This document shows positions 25,066-37,272 of a DNA stretch of 64,000 nt, piece by piece. Both the position numbers and the translations under genes were made by a program. Under the pieces are notes generated by a model. It saw only the letters and a program-made list of their open reading frames with translations, did no database searches and was not told the DNA's origin. How positions within the stretch are numbered: position 1 is the stretch's first letter; each line of letters opens with the position of its first letter. Source of the stretch: Selaginella moellendorffii (taxonomy: Eukaryota > Plantae > Lycopodiophyta); contig NW_003314322.1 of assembly GCF_000143415.4 (NCBI RefSeq), positions 559,430 through 623,429 on the forward strand, written 5' to 3'.

Positions 25066-25142
25066 ACTGTGTTCCTATAAATAGGTGTACGAATTTCCTT
25101 TTAAGACAGTTTCCTTTTACTTTGAGGTTTAGGGTATCAGCG

Positions 25143-27158
25143 ATGGATCCAGGCGTCATTGACGCGCTGGGCAAGAGTATGGCCACGCTTCTCACAGTGG
25201 TAAGTAAAATGCCGTTCTAAACTTCTCGTTGCGATCCTTTTGTTTTCTTCTGTTGTTGATTCTTTTGTTTTCTTTTTTATTTTCTAGTCCCGCGACAACG
25301 ATGGGGTGGATTTCCTAGCGGAGCTGCTGGGAGTTTTAGCGCGTGGGCACTTGTGCCAAGTGAGCTCGGACATGGAGACGATGGAGTCCATCGTAGAAAA
25401 CCTGGTCGACTCCTTCTCGACGGGGTATTCAAATTTGAAGAAGAAACGCGGGGATCAGAGCTCCAGTCCAGATGTCGACGACCGGAGAGTCTCGGAACTG
25501 AAGAAGAAACGCGGGGGCTCCAGTCCAGATGTCGACGATCGGAGAGTCTCGGAACTGAAGAAGAAACGCGGGGATCGGAGCTCCAATCCTGTCGACGAGC
25601 GGAGAGCGGAACTGAAGACGAAACGCGGGGATCCGAGCTTCAGTAGCAGTGTCAGTATCTTTGCTGACAGAGAGCGGGAAAAGGAAAGGCAGCCACATCC
25701 CAACGTACGCCTTTCCTGCCGGAGTGGAAGCTTTCGCGCAGCTCGGGAAGCTGGAGACGGTCTGTCACTTCATGGAGTCGTGGAAGAAGCCGGATCTCAG
25801 GACGTTCTATCCGTCGATGGTCTGAGTCTAAGTGACGAATGGGAGGATGGATCGAGCAGTGAGGATCAGGTAACAGTAAAAGAAGGTGGCATGCATATGT
25901 GTGGAGCTTTCCAGCACTTGAGACGGGAGTTTATGAAAGCTTCCCAGCAATCAGGGGCTACAAGACCGCCGCAGATCATAGATCCGGAGAAAGAGCCGAC
26001 CGTGGAGCCGGAGAAAAAGGTCACAGATACGAAGAAAGAGGTCACAGGTCCGGAAAAGGAGGTCGCAGATACGGAGGTAGAGGCCACGGATTCAGATTCA
26101 GAGTCGACCGTGGAAGGTGGATACATAAAAGTGTTACAGCATGAAGTTGAGGAACTGGAGTACTTCGTGGAGGAAGAGGAAGACTCTGGTGGAACAGGAG
26201 AGCTTGTGACGTTTACTGTGGCTAGCAGCTGCGGCCGCCTCGGACCGGCGTCGAGGCCTATCTCGCACGCGTTGTCACTTCGACAACAGACGCTGATCGA
26301 GCAAAGGCGAAGCAACTCTCTCAAGGAAATGGAGCTCGTCTGTGCGATGAAGGGCTTGCAGCTCAAGGAGCGAGAGCTGGACATGCAAGTCGAAGCGATC
26401 GACATCGGCAGGGAGACGCTGGACGTGAACAGGAGCACGCTCAAGTTCAATGTTTCCAAGGCTGAACGAGACGCCGTGGCCGCCGACTGTGCCGACTTTC
26501 GGAGCTCCACGTCCGACTACTTCGTCGCGGGCTTGCTGATCATGTTCGGGTTCACGGGGTATTGCGTGTGGAAGAATCTTCCGGAGTGGTTTAAAACGCT
26601 GAGCAGCTCGTGTGCTGCAACACCTACAGTCACTAAAAAGGTTTGTAAGCTTTTCTTCTCTCTTTGTTGGCTTTGACTCACATTCGTTTCCTTTGCCAGG
26701 CATGGTACCATTGGAACTTCGTTGGATCGATAACAAGTAACACCGGCTACTTGCTTTGCATCGCCAGAGGGTGTGCTGGAGGGATCGTTGGACTGCTGCT
26801 GTGCGTGCTCCTCCTCTTCGTCTGCAAGAAGACGCTCAGCTCCTCCAAGAACGCAATGCCGATGACTATCTTCTTGGTGGGGGGCTCCTTCATCGGCTTG
26901 GTCGGGAGAGCGATCATCGACCTCTTGGGGGGACAGGGATGGAACTGGATGGTGGTGTGGCTACTCTCGTGCGTGCTCCATGCCTGCACGCACTTCTTCA
27001 CCGAGTTCTTCGTCAAGCTCCTCAGCAGGAGCAGAATTGCGGCGATCTTGTTCCACGTATGTTTGGCGGTGGGATTGCCGCTCGGGGCTGGACTAGCAGG
27101 ATTTCCATCAGCCTTTCCATCGCTGAATGTTTTTTTAGCGGGGCCTGCAAAGTTTTGA
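25143..27158 (+). CDS. CPR5: CPR5-like nuclear-pore membrane protein (3 exons)
   Basis: EQRRSNSLKEMEL..KGLQLKE..L....DYFVAGLLIM..GY...SSC and several C-terminal TM helices ending ..LP..AGL..F, as in CPR5. Confidence 0.8.
25436..25640 (+). repeat. In-frame 57-63 bp tandem repeat in CPR5 (LKKKRG..SSPDVDDRRVSE x3.5)
   Basis: Directly visible in both DNA and protein. Confidence 0.9.
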
Positions 27159-27301
27159 AGGGATTTTTGATCGAAATCCCATGATTGTTTCTCTTAGAAA
27201 CCTTTGCTAATTTATAATAATTTTTGTGCTATCTTTTGTTCTTTCAACGCTTGAAATAGAAAGCTAGCTCGAGCTGGAGAAGGAAAGAAGCCCTAAGCAA
27301 A

Positions 27302-28060
27302 ATGGAAGGGCGCCTGGATTTGCTGATTGATCTGGACGATACCCTGGTGTCCATCGGCGACGACATCAAGGTTCCTGTCAAGGCGCTGGTCGGCTCATAC
27401 AAGTTCGCTCACGGTGCGTTGGAATTCGTCGTAGCTCTGGCCAGGATTCCTGGGACAAGAATCGGTTTCTACAGCTGCGGCTCCAAGCAGCGCAACGAGA
27501 ACCTCATGGAGAAGCTCGCGGTTGCCCTCGAGGAAGAGCTGGGATTCAAGATGAGCGAGGAAATGGTGGTGTACAGCGTGACCCGCGGAAACAAGAAAAC
27601 GCTCCAGGGGCTGAGGGAGGGGCTGGACCTGGAGAGAACCATCCTGGTGGACGATGCCGGCAGGAACTCGGAGGCGGGCGAGGTGAGGAACTTGCTCAAG
27701 ATCTATCACAGGAAGCGGCTGTACGATGAAGAGGGCAAGCTTTGCAAAGGTGGCAAAGTCTTCAAGGCCAGGATCGCCAACAATCTCGTCCGCGCTCTCG
27801 GCCTCATCGTCAAGTCGATCCGATCGTCCTCTTCCGCCGTCACGGTGGTGCAAGCGCTGGAGTCGCTCCAGTGGAACGGGGACGAGTATCTCCACGACTC
27901 GAGCAACTCGGAGGAGATTTACCAGCTGGGTGTGGAGGCCATGAGAAGCGTGAGGCCGGACTTTGGCATGAAAGAGGTGGTGAGCTCGGTTCATCCTTGG
28001 TCGCCACACGAGTTTAACGAGGAGCTCTTCCCAAGTTCACGCAGCCAGATCCTCCTATAA
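27302..28060 (+). CDS. Intronless HAD-superfamily FCP1/NIF-type phosphatase
   Basis: Motif I LLIDLDDTLV, G..EF, motif II FYS, motif III K, motif IV RTILVDD...N...NL. Confidence 0.85.
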   Translation: MEGRLDLLIDLDDTLVSIGDDIKVPVKALVGSYKFAHGALEFVVALARIPGTRIGFYSCGSKQRNENLMEKLAVALEEELGFKMSEEMVVYSVTRGNKKTLQGLREGLDLERTILVDDAGRNSEAGEVRNLLKIYHRKRLYDEEGKLCKGGKVFKARIANNLVRALGLIVKSIRSSSSAVTVVQALESLQWNGDEYLHDSSNSEEIYQLGVEAMRSVRPDFGMKEVVSSVHPWSPHEFNEELFPSSRSQILL

Positions 28061-28243
28061 ACCCACTTTAAATTTCTCGTTTCTCTAATGCAAGGTTTCT
28101 TTGATCGCTGAACCATCAGTGATCTACTAGTGGGGATTTTCTTTTCTATCCAATGTCACTGCAATCTGGGCCGTCTGATTTGAAACTTTTGTTCAATCTC
28201 GGCCGTTGGCCGCAGGATTGTATCACAAGCGGCTCAAGGCGCG

Positions 28244-31200
28244 ATGGAGGCCTCGTGGCATGAGTTGGCGGCGCTCGGCGGCGGAGGAGGGCATCGCCAC
28301 CAGCAATGCCAGCGCCCCCTCATCGCCGCCACTCCGATTTTTTTCGTGCCTCGTTGCCACGTCCAAAGGTCAGCCTCCGATTCTTTCAGGGTTTTAGGGG
28401 TTTGGATCGGTCGCTTGGAGGAACGAGATGTTGTTCATGCTTTCATGGATATTTCTATCGAAATGTAGGTGATATTTTGATGTGTGGTTTTTTTTGTCTT
28501 GGCAGGAACCTAAGGATTGTTTGCTCTGTCTCGGAATCGGTGTGTAGAAATTTTCCTTTGGAGTTTGATCTTTTCTTACGATGTTTTTCTTGTGTAGTTT
28601 TCTCCCAGCACTGCGACAGCTCTTCAATCAAAGAAAGCGTTGAGCAATTCAGTAAGCATTTACGACACTACACTACGAGATGGTGCTCAGGTGAGGTCGT
28701 TAAATTTTCGTCCTTCGCTGGAAACTCCACAGTGTTTTTTCTTTAGATGGTGGGAATTTCCTTGACTCTAAATGACAAGCTAAAGATTGCTAAAGCTCTC
28801 GCAGACATTGGTGAGTTCCGTGGCTATTTTTCACTCGATGCAGTATGTTGAGATAGTTTGTATGTGTTAAGGTGTGGATTATATCGAGGGAGGATGGCCC
28901 GGATCAAATCCAAAAGACGCAGAGTTTTTCAAGCTTTGTAAGGACAACATTTTGAAGGGGCAGTCCTCGAAGCTTGCGGCATTTGGTTCGACTAGAAGGA
29001 AAAACTCCACTTGCGAAGAGGTTTGCTCGCCAAAATCGCGTGGACTCTGAAATTCTGATTGCTTGAACAGGATACTAACGTGCAAGCGTTACTCTTTAGC
29101 GAGGCAGAGGTTATCACGGTGGTAGCAAAGGTGACCTTCTTCGTTCTTTTCTCGCCCGAGTGGTCTCACATATTTGATATGGTCAGGCGTGGGACGTACA
29201 GGTGACAAGAGTACTCGAAACAACACTAGCAGAAAACTTGAGAATGGTCGCGGAAACTATTTCGTATTTTAAGGTGAGAAACTTCGGTCTGCAGTTGTTG
29301 ATTCCTCTGTTCACACATGTATTGAGAACAATCTCAGGTCCGAAGCAAGGAGGTAATGCTTGACGCTGAGCATTTTTTTGATGGTTTTACAGCAAACAGG
29401 TACCACGCGTTTTCTGTTAACAATCGTTGCTAAGCGATCGTGCTTTTTTCACCAGAGCTTACTCGCTAGAGTGCTTGAAAATTGCGGCGAAGGCTGGAGT
29501 TGATGTAGTCGTCTTGTGCGACACCAATGGAGGGTCCATGCCCTGGACTGTAGAGGTATCCATCTTTTCGGCTAGTTGAAAAGAAGTTCTCACTTCTCCC
29601 TGGAACAAAAAAAACATCACAGGAGGTGACAAGAACTGTTAAAGAAGAGTTGATGCCTTGGCCACATGTCCGTATAGGAGTACACACACACAACGACACG
29701 GAACTCGCTGTTGCCAATTCTCTGGCAGCTGTGCGAGGTGGGGCATCGCTAGTTCAAGGATGCGTCAATGGCTACGGGGAGCGAACTGGAAATGCAAATC
29801 TGGCACGTATGCTCTTGGAACTTGTACTTGAAAATACTAAGCTATTTTGTGCTGTTCTTCGCAGATTAGCGTGATCGGGGGACTTCAAGTCAAGATGGGA
29901 TTTACGTGTATCCCTCCCGAATCTCTTGCAAATCTTTCCAAGCTGGCGTCCACTGTCGCGGACGTTACAAAGCAGACAATGTCACCAACGCAACCGTACG
30001 TTGGCTCGGCGGCCTTCGCTCACAAAGGTGGAATCCATGTTGCGGCGATACGCAGGGTGAGAAAATCATCCTCCTTTCTTCTCGAAAGAAAAGTTTAAGA
30101 AAAACGCGTATTGCCGAACAGATGCCCGAGAGCTATAATCATATGGATCCGACTGTCGTTGGAAATGCCATGCGTTCAGTCGTGAGTGAGCTATCTGGCA
30201 AAGGTAATATACTTGATAAGGTAAGCAAGCAACAAGTTTTTCATTAGTCGTTTTAACAATCTGAGAGCTCTCAGGCTGAAAAAGCTGGCCTTGTTTTGGA
30301 CAACGATGTCGCCGGAAGTGTTCTTGCGCACATAAAGCAAATGGAAAGAGAGGTACGCAAGTTTTTTCACAGCTTTTACTCTCATCTTTAACAGAGTTTG
30401 AGTTGCAGGGATGTGCTTTTGAAAACGCTGGTGCCTCTGTTGATATGCTGATTGTTCGAAAGGGAAAGCGCTACCAGCAGCCGTAAGGATCTACTGACAA
30501 ATTCATTCTGTCTGACTTTCTTCCTCGCAGCTTTCAAGTCTTGGAATTCACGGTGCTTTCGAGCAACCGCGGCGTGCATTCCATTAGTAGCAACGGGAAC
30601 TCGCAGATCCAACAAGATAACTGGCTCGCGTGGTGTGGAAGTGACAGTCAAGTGAACCAGGCGATGGTGAAACTCTCCGTCGATGGCAAAAGTCAGGTAT
30701 GCAACAACTTGCATGAAAGCATGAACTTGAGAGATTTGCTCTTCCGGCTCAGGTAAGCGCAGCGGAAGGGATCGGTCCAGTGGATGCTCTCAGTCACGCT
30801 TTAAGGTGGAGAATTCTCGATCGATCGCGTACTTGCAACTTACATTGTCTTGCTCGAGATTCCAGGAGCGCGCTCGAGAAGCACTACCCGCAACTCGAGC
30901 AAGTGGAGCTCGCGGACTATCATGTCCATCTAGTGGAGCCATCGACTGCTCACAAGGGGACCCTTTCAACGACGCGAGTGACAGTTGACTTCACGGATGC
31001 TTCTGGCAACAAGTGGACGACCGTGAGTCTCATTCAAACGCAAGTGTTCTTCATTGTTTATGCTCAAATCACTTTCATTGTTCCCAGGTTGGTGCTCACA
31101 CATCCATCGTAGAAGCCAGCTTCCGGGCGCTCGTTGACGGCCTCGAATTTGGGATCGTCAATTGCTCCGAGGTACCAAAGCTCGATCAAAGTTTTTAGTT

Positions 31201-31274
31201 TTCTTCTTCTTTTTGCTTTGTCCAAACGCCGATGTTCTTCACAGGATGGCTGTTCTGCCGTTCACAAAAAGTAA
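28244..31274 (+). CDS. cimA: Bacterial-type citramalate synthase (CimA/LeuA-like DRE-TIM protein with regulatory domain), many introns, probable transit peptide; start uncertain
   Basis: [91 protein letters not shown] and [11 protein letters not shown]. Confidence 0.88.
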
Positions 31275-31738
31275 AACGATGCGTTCTAGGCTATTTGAGC
31301 AGCTACAAAGGAAAGCGCTTGGAATGTTCCCAGGTTTTTGGACTTGGCCATGGTCCAAAATCCACGTAAAGGCCCAAATATTGTACTGTAATTAGGGCTT
31401 GTCTTATTTCTGAGAGGGTTTCTGGTCGCCTCGCCTCGCCAGTGGATCGAGGCGCCGTGGCGCTGCAATCGAATTCTCGCCTCGCCCGCGAGCTATGGAG
31501 CTGGATCAGTGATTGACGATGAGGAGGAGCTGGATTCGCAGCGCCGGAATTCGCCATTGCAAAGGAGCGCAGGATGCTAGACTTGTGGTGGCTGTTTGGG
31601 GGACGAGCTCGCTCTCCAGCTGAGGACGAGAACGGTGAGTGAGCCCCTTTTTCTAAATTTCCTCTCTTTGCGATTGCATTGTATCTTTAGAACTCTATCC
31701 GCGATGCTTATTTATTAAAATTCTTAACCCAGACAACG

Positions 31739-34700
31739 ATGTCGGACGTGTCAGCTTTGCTCCAGGCGTCCGTGTTGCGAAATCTCTCGGACAAGCTCTA
31801 CGAGAAGCGAAAGATCGCTGCTCTTGAGGTGAGATTATATCCCTTTCCTTCCTGTAAAATTTAACAATAGATTGTTCATCAGGTGGAAGGGGTCCTGAAA
31901 TCTCTAGTTAGTTCCGGCGACCATGAGAAGATATCCTCCGTCATATCGATACTAATCAATGACTATGCTCTATCGCCACAAGCCAATCACCGAAAGGTAT
32001 GTGAGAGTGAGACCTTCGCTTTTTCTTAGTTTTTTCTCTTATGCCAGGGGGGGCTGATTGGATTGGCGGCTGCTACTGTTGGCTTGGCCTCCGAGTCTGC
32101 CCAGTATCTTGATGTAAGTATTGAGTTCTTCTCCCTTGCGAAAAAAGGGGTTTTCTTTTTTTTTTTTGCTCAAAGGAATGACTATTTTGCAGAGAATTGT
32201 TCCGCCTGTTTTGATTTCTTTCACGGATCAAGACAGTCGGGTGCGATATTACGCATGTGAGGCACTTTACAACATAGCAAAGGTACATCTTACTTTTCAT
32301 CATGGGGTTTCTGTGCTTGGAGCTAACTCAGGGTAGGTATCTAGGTGTCGAGAGGTGACTTAATTGTTTTCTTCAACAAAATATTCGATGCCCTTTGCAA
32401 GCTCTCGGCGGATTCAGATCCTAATGTTCAAAGTGCAGCTCATCTTCTGGATCGTCTTGTCAAGGTAATTTCGTCAATCTCTTAGTTTCTTTTAATTTCT
32501 TAAGAGTACTCATTTCTTTTATTTTTTGATATTTTTTTATGCTCAGGATATTGTGACGGAAAGTGATCAATTCAGGTAGTCAAAACGCTTTGGTTCTTGG
32601 CTAAATGTTTTCTGCTCAGCATTGAAGAATTTATTCCGCTATTGAGGGAGCGAATGAACGTGCTCAATCCGTTTGTCCGACAATTTCTCGTGGGATGGAT
32701 CACTGTATTGGACAGCGTCCCGGACATTGATATGCTGGAGTTCTTGCCAGACTTTCTCGACGGTAACATCATAGTCGACTCTTTAGTTTTGTAACCCTTT
32801 GCATGTAGGTCTGTTCAACATGCTTAGCGACAACAGTCACGAGATCAGGCAGCAAGCCGACTCTGCATTGTCCGAGTTTTTGCAAGAAATTAAGAATGCT
32901 CCTGTAAGCCTTTTGTTTTTAAAACGCATTTATCATTCTTGACCGTGAGTTTTTAAATATTTAGTCCGTGGATTACGTTCGCATGGCTGCGATACTTGTA
33001 CAAAGAGCTAGATCACCTGATGAGTTCACTCGTCTAACATCCATAACATGGGTATGAAACGTCAATCGTTTCTTTAGTAGTTACTTTAAAATATTTCAGA
33101 TGAGCGAATTTGTGAAACTTGGAGGGGATCAGCTTGTGACATTCTATGCGGAGATTTTGGGTGCCATTCTACCAGCAATCTCTGACAAGGAAGAAAAAAT
33201 CAGAGCAGTAAGATTGAGCTCTTTAACTAAACATAATACGCTAAAAACATCTGATTATAAGGTTGCTCGTGAAACAAACGAAGAGCTTCGAGCCATTCGT
33301 GCTGAACCAGTTGAAGTGATAGACATTGGATCAGTTCTGAATGCAGCTAGACGGTAATCTTTGTCGTTTCTAAAAACTTGGACTTGAACAAAATAGTTGT
33401 GTAGGGAGTTGGGAAGCGAGTTTGAAGCCACAAGATTGGAAGCCTTGCGGTGGATGCTTGTTCTTCTTGAGAGACATAGAACAGAGGTACTTGGAGTTTT
33501 CTTTTCTGTACAGTAGTTGCTAACATTTTAACAGGTTCTATCGTTTCTTGACGAAATATTTCCTGCATTGCTTCAGTCTTTGTCGGACGAATCTGATGAT
33601 GTAAGCATTTGCATTTGTTTTTGTATGTTTGTCACCTAAAATGTATCTGTTAACAGGTTGTGTTGCTGGTTCTGGAGGTTCAAGCTTGTATAGCACGGGA
33701 TACACAACAATTTCGGCGTTTGATGGTCTTTCTTGTACATAAATTTCAAATGGACAATCTTCTGCTTGAAAGGTACTTTACGAAGTCAATAGTTAAACAG
33801 TCTTCGTGACCAGCATTAAATTTTCAGGAGAGGAACCTTAGCGTTGCGACGTCTCTGCGTCCTCCTTGACGCCGAGACTGTATACAGAGAGTTGGCAACT
33901 ATCCTGGAAGGCGAGGCGGACTTAGAATTTGCAACCGTTATGGTCCAGGTATCAGTATCTAGTTTGCGTTATCAGCGAACTTATGCATGTGCACTTACAG
34001 GCACTTAATTTAATTCTCCTCACGGCTTCAGAACTTGCCGATTTAAGGGCACTGCTAAAGGAGTCGTTGACAAATTCGCAAGGAAAAGATCTTTTTGTTG
34101 CTCTGTATTCATCGTGGTGTCACTCGCCGATGGCTACTGTTAGCTTGTGCTTACTTGCTCAGGTAATGTCCCGTCCAACTTCTTGTTCCAAAACACATGA
34201 TCATGCTTTGCAGGCTTACCACCATGCAAGCGCAGTTATCCAATCTCTCGGGGAGTCGGACATCAACGTCAAGTTTCTAGTTCAGGTGGATAAGCTGGTA
34301 CGGCTTTTGGAAACTCCAATCTTTGGTTACTTGAGGTTGCAGGTAACCGTTTTACTACCACTTGGTCATTTTCTAACGCTTGTGTATGACAGTTGCTAGA
34401 ACCAGCGCGCTATCCCTCGTTGCTGAAGACGCTCTACGGGCTGCTCATGCTACTCCCTCAGGTGGGTACAGAAAATGAATTCTGGCAAACTGATCATTAT
34501 TGGCATTCGATTTAATGCATGCAGTTTGATGATGCAGCAAAGCTCTGCATTCAAGATATTGCGAACGAGACTGAAGACCATCCCGGCGTACGCTCCCATG
34601 CACATCCAAGCAACACCGGCGGCCGAGCTTGCTGGACTGAATGCAGGGCGTAGATCCGTATCGGCAGTACCGTACCTGTCTCACTATCCAACTGGAGACG

Positions 34701-34989
34701 ACGGGGACAAGGTGTCCGACTTGAACAGCGGGCCCGGTGGAATCAACTTCACGATGAGGTTGCAGCAATTTGAGCTGATGCAACACCAGCACAGGCTCCA
34801 CCGCCAAGCAGTGCAGTCGCAGCTCTCCAAGCCACCAAAGAAGCCTGCGTCTCAGGTGAGAAATCTTTCATCCCGTTGGTGGTGATGTTTTCCTCACTTT
34901 CGCTTTCCTTGTGCTGCGTCCAGGGCGATGATGCGCGGGGAAAATCTTCCAAGCTTGGGCTTTCTCCGTCCAACTGGAGATCTTCCTAA
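31739..34989 (+). CDS. VAC14: VAC14 homolog (PI(3,5)P2 regulatory scaffold), multi-exon
   Basis: [69 protein letters not shown] and [17 protein letters not shown]. Confidence 0.96.
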
Positions 34990-35167
34990 GGTTATTTTCT
35001 TTGTGTCTGTCTGTCTATAGAGATGCTACATAGCCATTCACATTCTTGCAGAATCTTTGTGTATAGAGAGCTTTCATACTTTTCTATTGATAAAGTTCTT
35101 TCTCGCACTTATCTAGCTCGTGTTTCCATTAGAACCTTAGGTCTCCTCAGGAAGGGTGATACCGCGT

Positions 35168-37219
35168 ATGGAAGCGAGCGCGAGCATGGCCAATGCATCG
35201 TCTCTCCTGTAAAGATTTCCTTCTTTTCCTTGCAAATTGATTCATTGGTTTTGCAGCTCGTCTTCTCTCCCGACCAAGCGTAGAGCTTCCGCATTGGGTT
35301 CTGGGTAAGTGCTGAAAACTCTCGTGTATGCGTATGGTTCTACTAGTTTCCAGAACAAGCGGTAATGCAGGGGCGTGGTATCAAGTACCCGAGCTCAACC
35401 TTCGCGATCATCGTTTCGAAGTTCCTCTCAATTATGCTGCTCCTTCCGACTCGACAATCTCAGTCTTCGCTCGAGAAGTCGTCTCAGGTAAAAACATATC
35501 AGCGCTGGATCTCAAAATGAGATACTTACAATACAGTTGGAAACGAGGAGAAAGACCTGCCATTTTTGCTCTTCTTGCAAGGGGGTCCCGGATTTGAATC
35601 CCTTCGTCCGCTGGAGTGCAGTGGATGGCTGAAAAGAGCTTGCGAGGACTTTCGAGTCATCCTTCTAGATCAGGTTTCATTCATTTTATTCCTGTGTGTT
35701 TGATATCTCTTTCAGCGAGGAACTGGGCTTTCTACCGCCTTGACTGTTGGATCGCTGAACCAACTTTCGAGCCCCCAGGCACAGGCATCCTACCTCCAGC
35801 ATTTTCGAGCTGATAACATCGTCAGAGACGCGGAGATGATTCGAAAGAGCCTTGTGCCACACGGAGAGCCTTGGACTCTCCTTGGTCAGGTAAAGCTCTC
35901 GCTTTTTAAACACTTGCAACGCCAACCTTGAAATGCTTTTCCTATCCAGAGCTATGGTGGTTTCTGTGCCGTTACTTATCTAAGCATGGCACCATCCGGC
36001 CTGGAGCAAGTGCTACTCACGGGCGGTCTTCCTCCTATTGACGCTGGATGCACTGCCGAGGCCGTGTATCGTGCTTGCTACAAGCGTGTCCTGCTCCAAA
36101 ACATGAAGTTTTACCAGCGTTTCCCTCGGGATGAAGAGCTCGTCCGGGAGATTGTTTTACACTTGGCAAGTAGCGAAGGTGGAGGGGTGAGTCGATCTTT
36201 TCTTGCCATTTATACTTATATAAAGTGTGTGATAGGTGCTTCTTCCATCTGGTGGCAAGCTCACACCAAGGAGCTTTCAGTTGCTTGGCTTGACAGGATT
36301 GGGATCACACACTGGCTTTGAAAAGCTTCACTTCACGTGAGCGCTGCGCTTTTCGTTTTCCTTCTTTTCTTTATGTTTTCTTCGTTCAGTCACTCTAATT
36401 TATTTCTCTTTTATTTCCTTCAGGTTGGAGCGAGCATGGGATCCTGTTCTTGTACCTGGCATTAGCAAGCAGCTTAGCTACACATTTCTTCGAGCGGTAG
36501 GGTGTTATCAACCTTTTGTCTTAAACGCTTTTTATTTAACACTTGTATAGTTTGAGAACTGGCTGGATTTCGATACAAATCCTTTATATGCACTGATGCA
36601 CGAGCCTATCTACTGCCAGGTACGTCGGGCAAATGCAGTTCTCCGGAGGTGCCAATAGCGTGATGTTGTCATGCTTCAGGGTGCGGCATCAAACTGGGCA
36701 GCACAAAAAGTAAGAGATGAACTGGATGAGCAGTTTGATCCGGTCTTTGCTGCAAAACATAGCGAGCCCGTTCTTTTCACGGGAGAGGTATGATTGGTCT
36801 TCTTCTGCTGATTTCCTCGCGAACACTGGTCTCAGATGGTGTATCCATGGATCTTTGACGAGATAAAACCGTTGCATCCTCTAAAGGAGGCTGCAAACCT
36901 CCTAGCCGAGAAACAAGATTGGCCAGTTCTCTACAACCATGAGGTTTTACGCTCTAACAAGGTGCACTTTTCTTTTCTCTTTTCTCCTTTTGCGCAAAAG
37001 ACATTCTTTGGCTGTGTCGTTCAGGTGCCCGTCGCAGCAGCGGTGTATTACGAAGACATGTACGTAAATGTGAGCTTGTCAGAGGCGACGGCTGCGTCCA
37101 TACCAGGAATAAGGCTGTGGATCACTAACGAGTTCATGCACTCTGGACTCCGCGAAGATGGCTATCGAGTCTTGGATCATCTCCTTGCGATGCTAAAAGG
37201 AAAGAGACTGCTTCGATGA
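35168..37219 (+). CDS. Proline iminopeptidase (alpha/beta hydrolase, S33), multi-exon
   Basis: LRDHRFEVPL, LQGGPGF, DQRGTG, FRADNIVRDAE, GQSYGG nucleophile elbow, YYEDMYV and TNEFMHSGLR. Confidence 0.92.
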
Positions 37220-37272
37220 CTTTCCTTTAAACTTTCGAAATTCCTTTATTGTTTAGTGAGTTCCAGGCCTTT

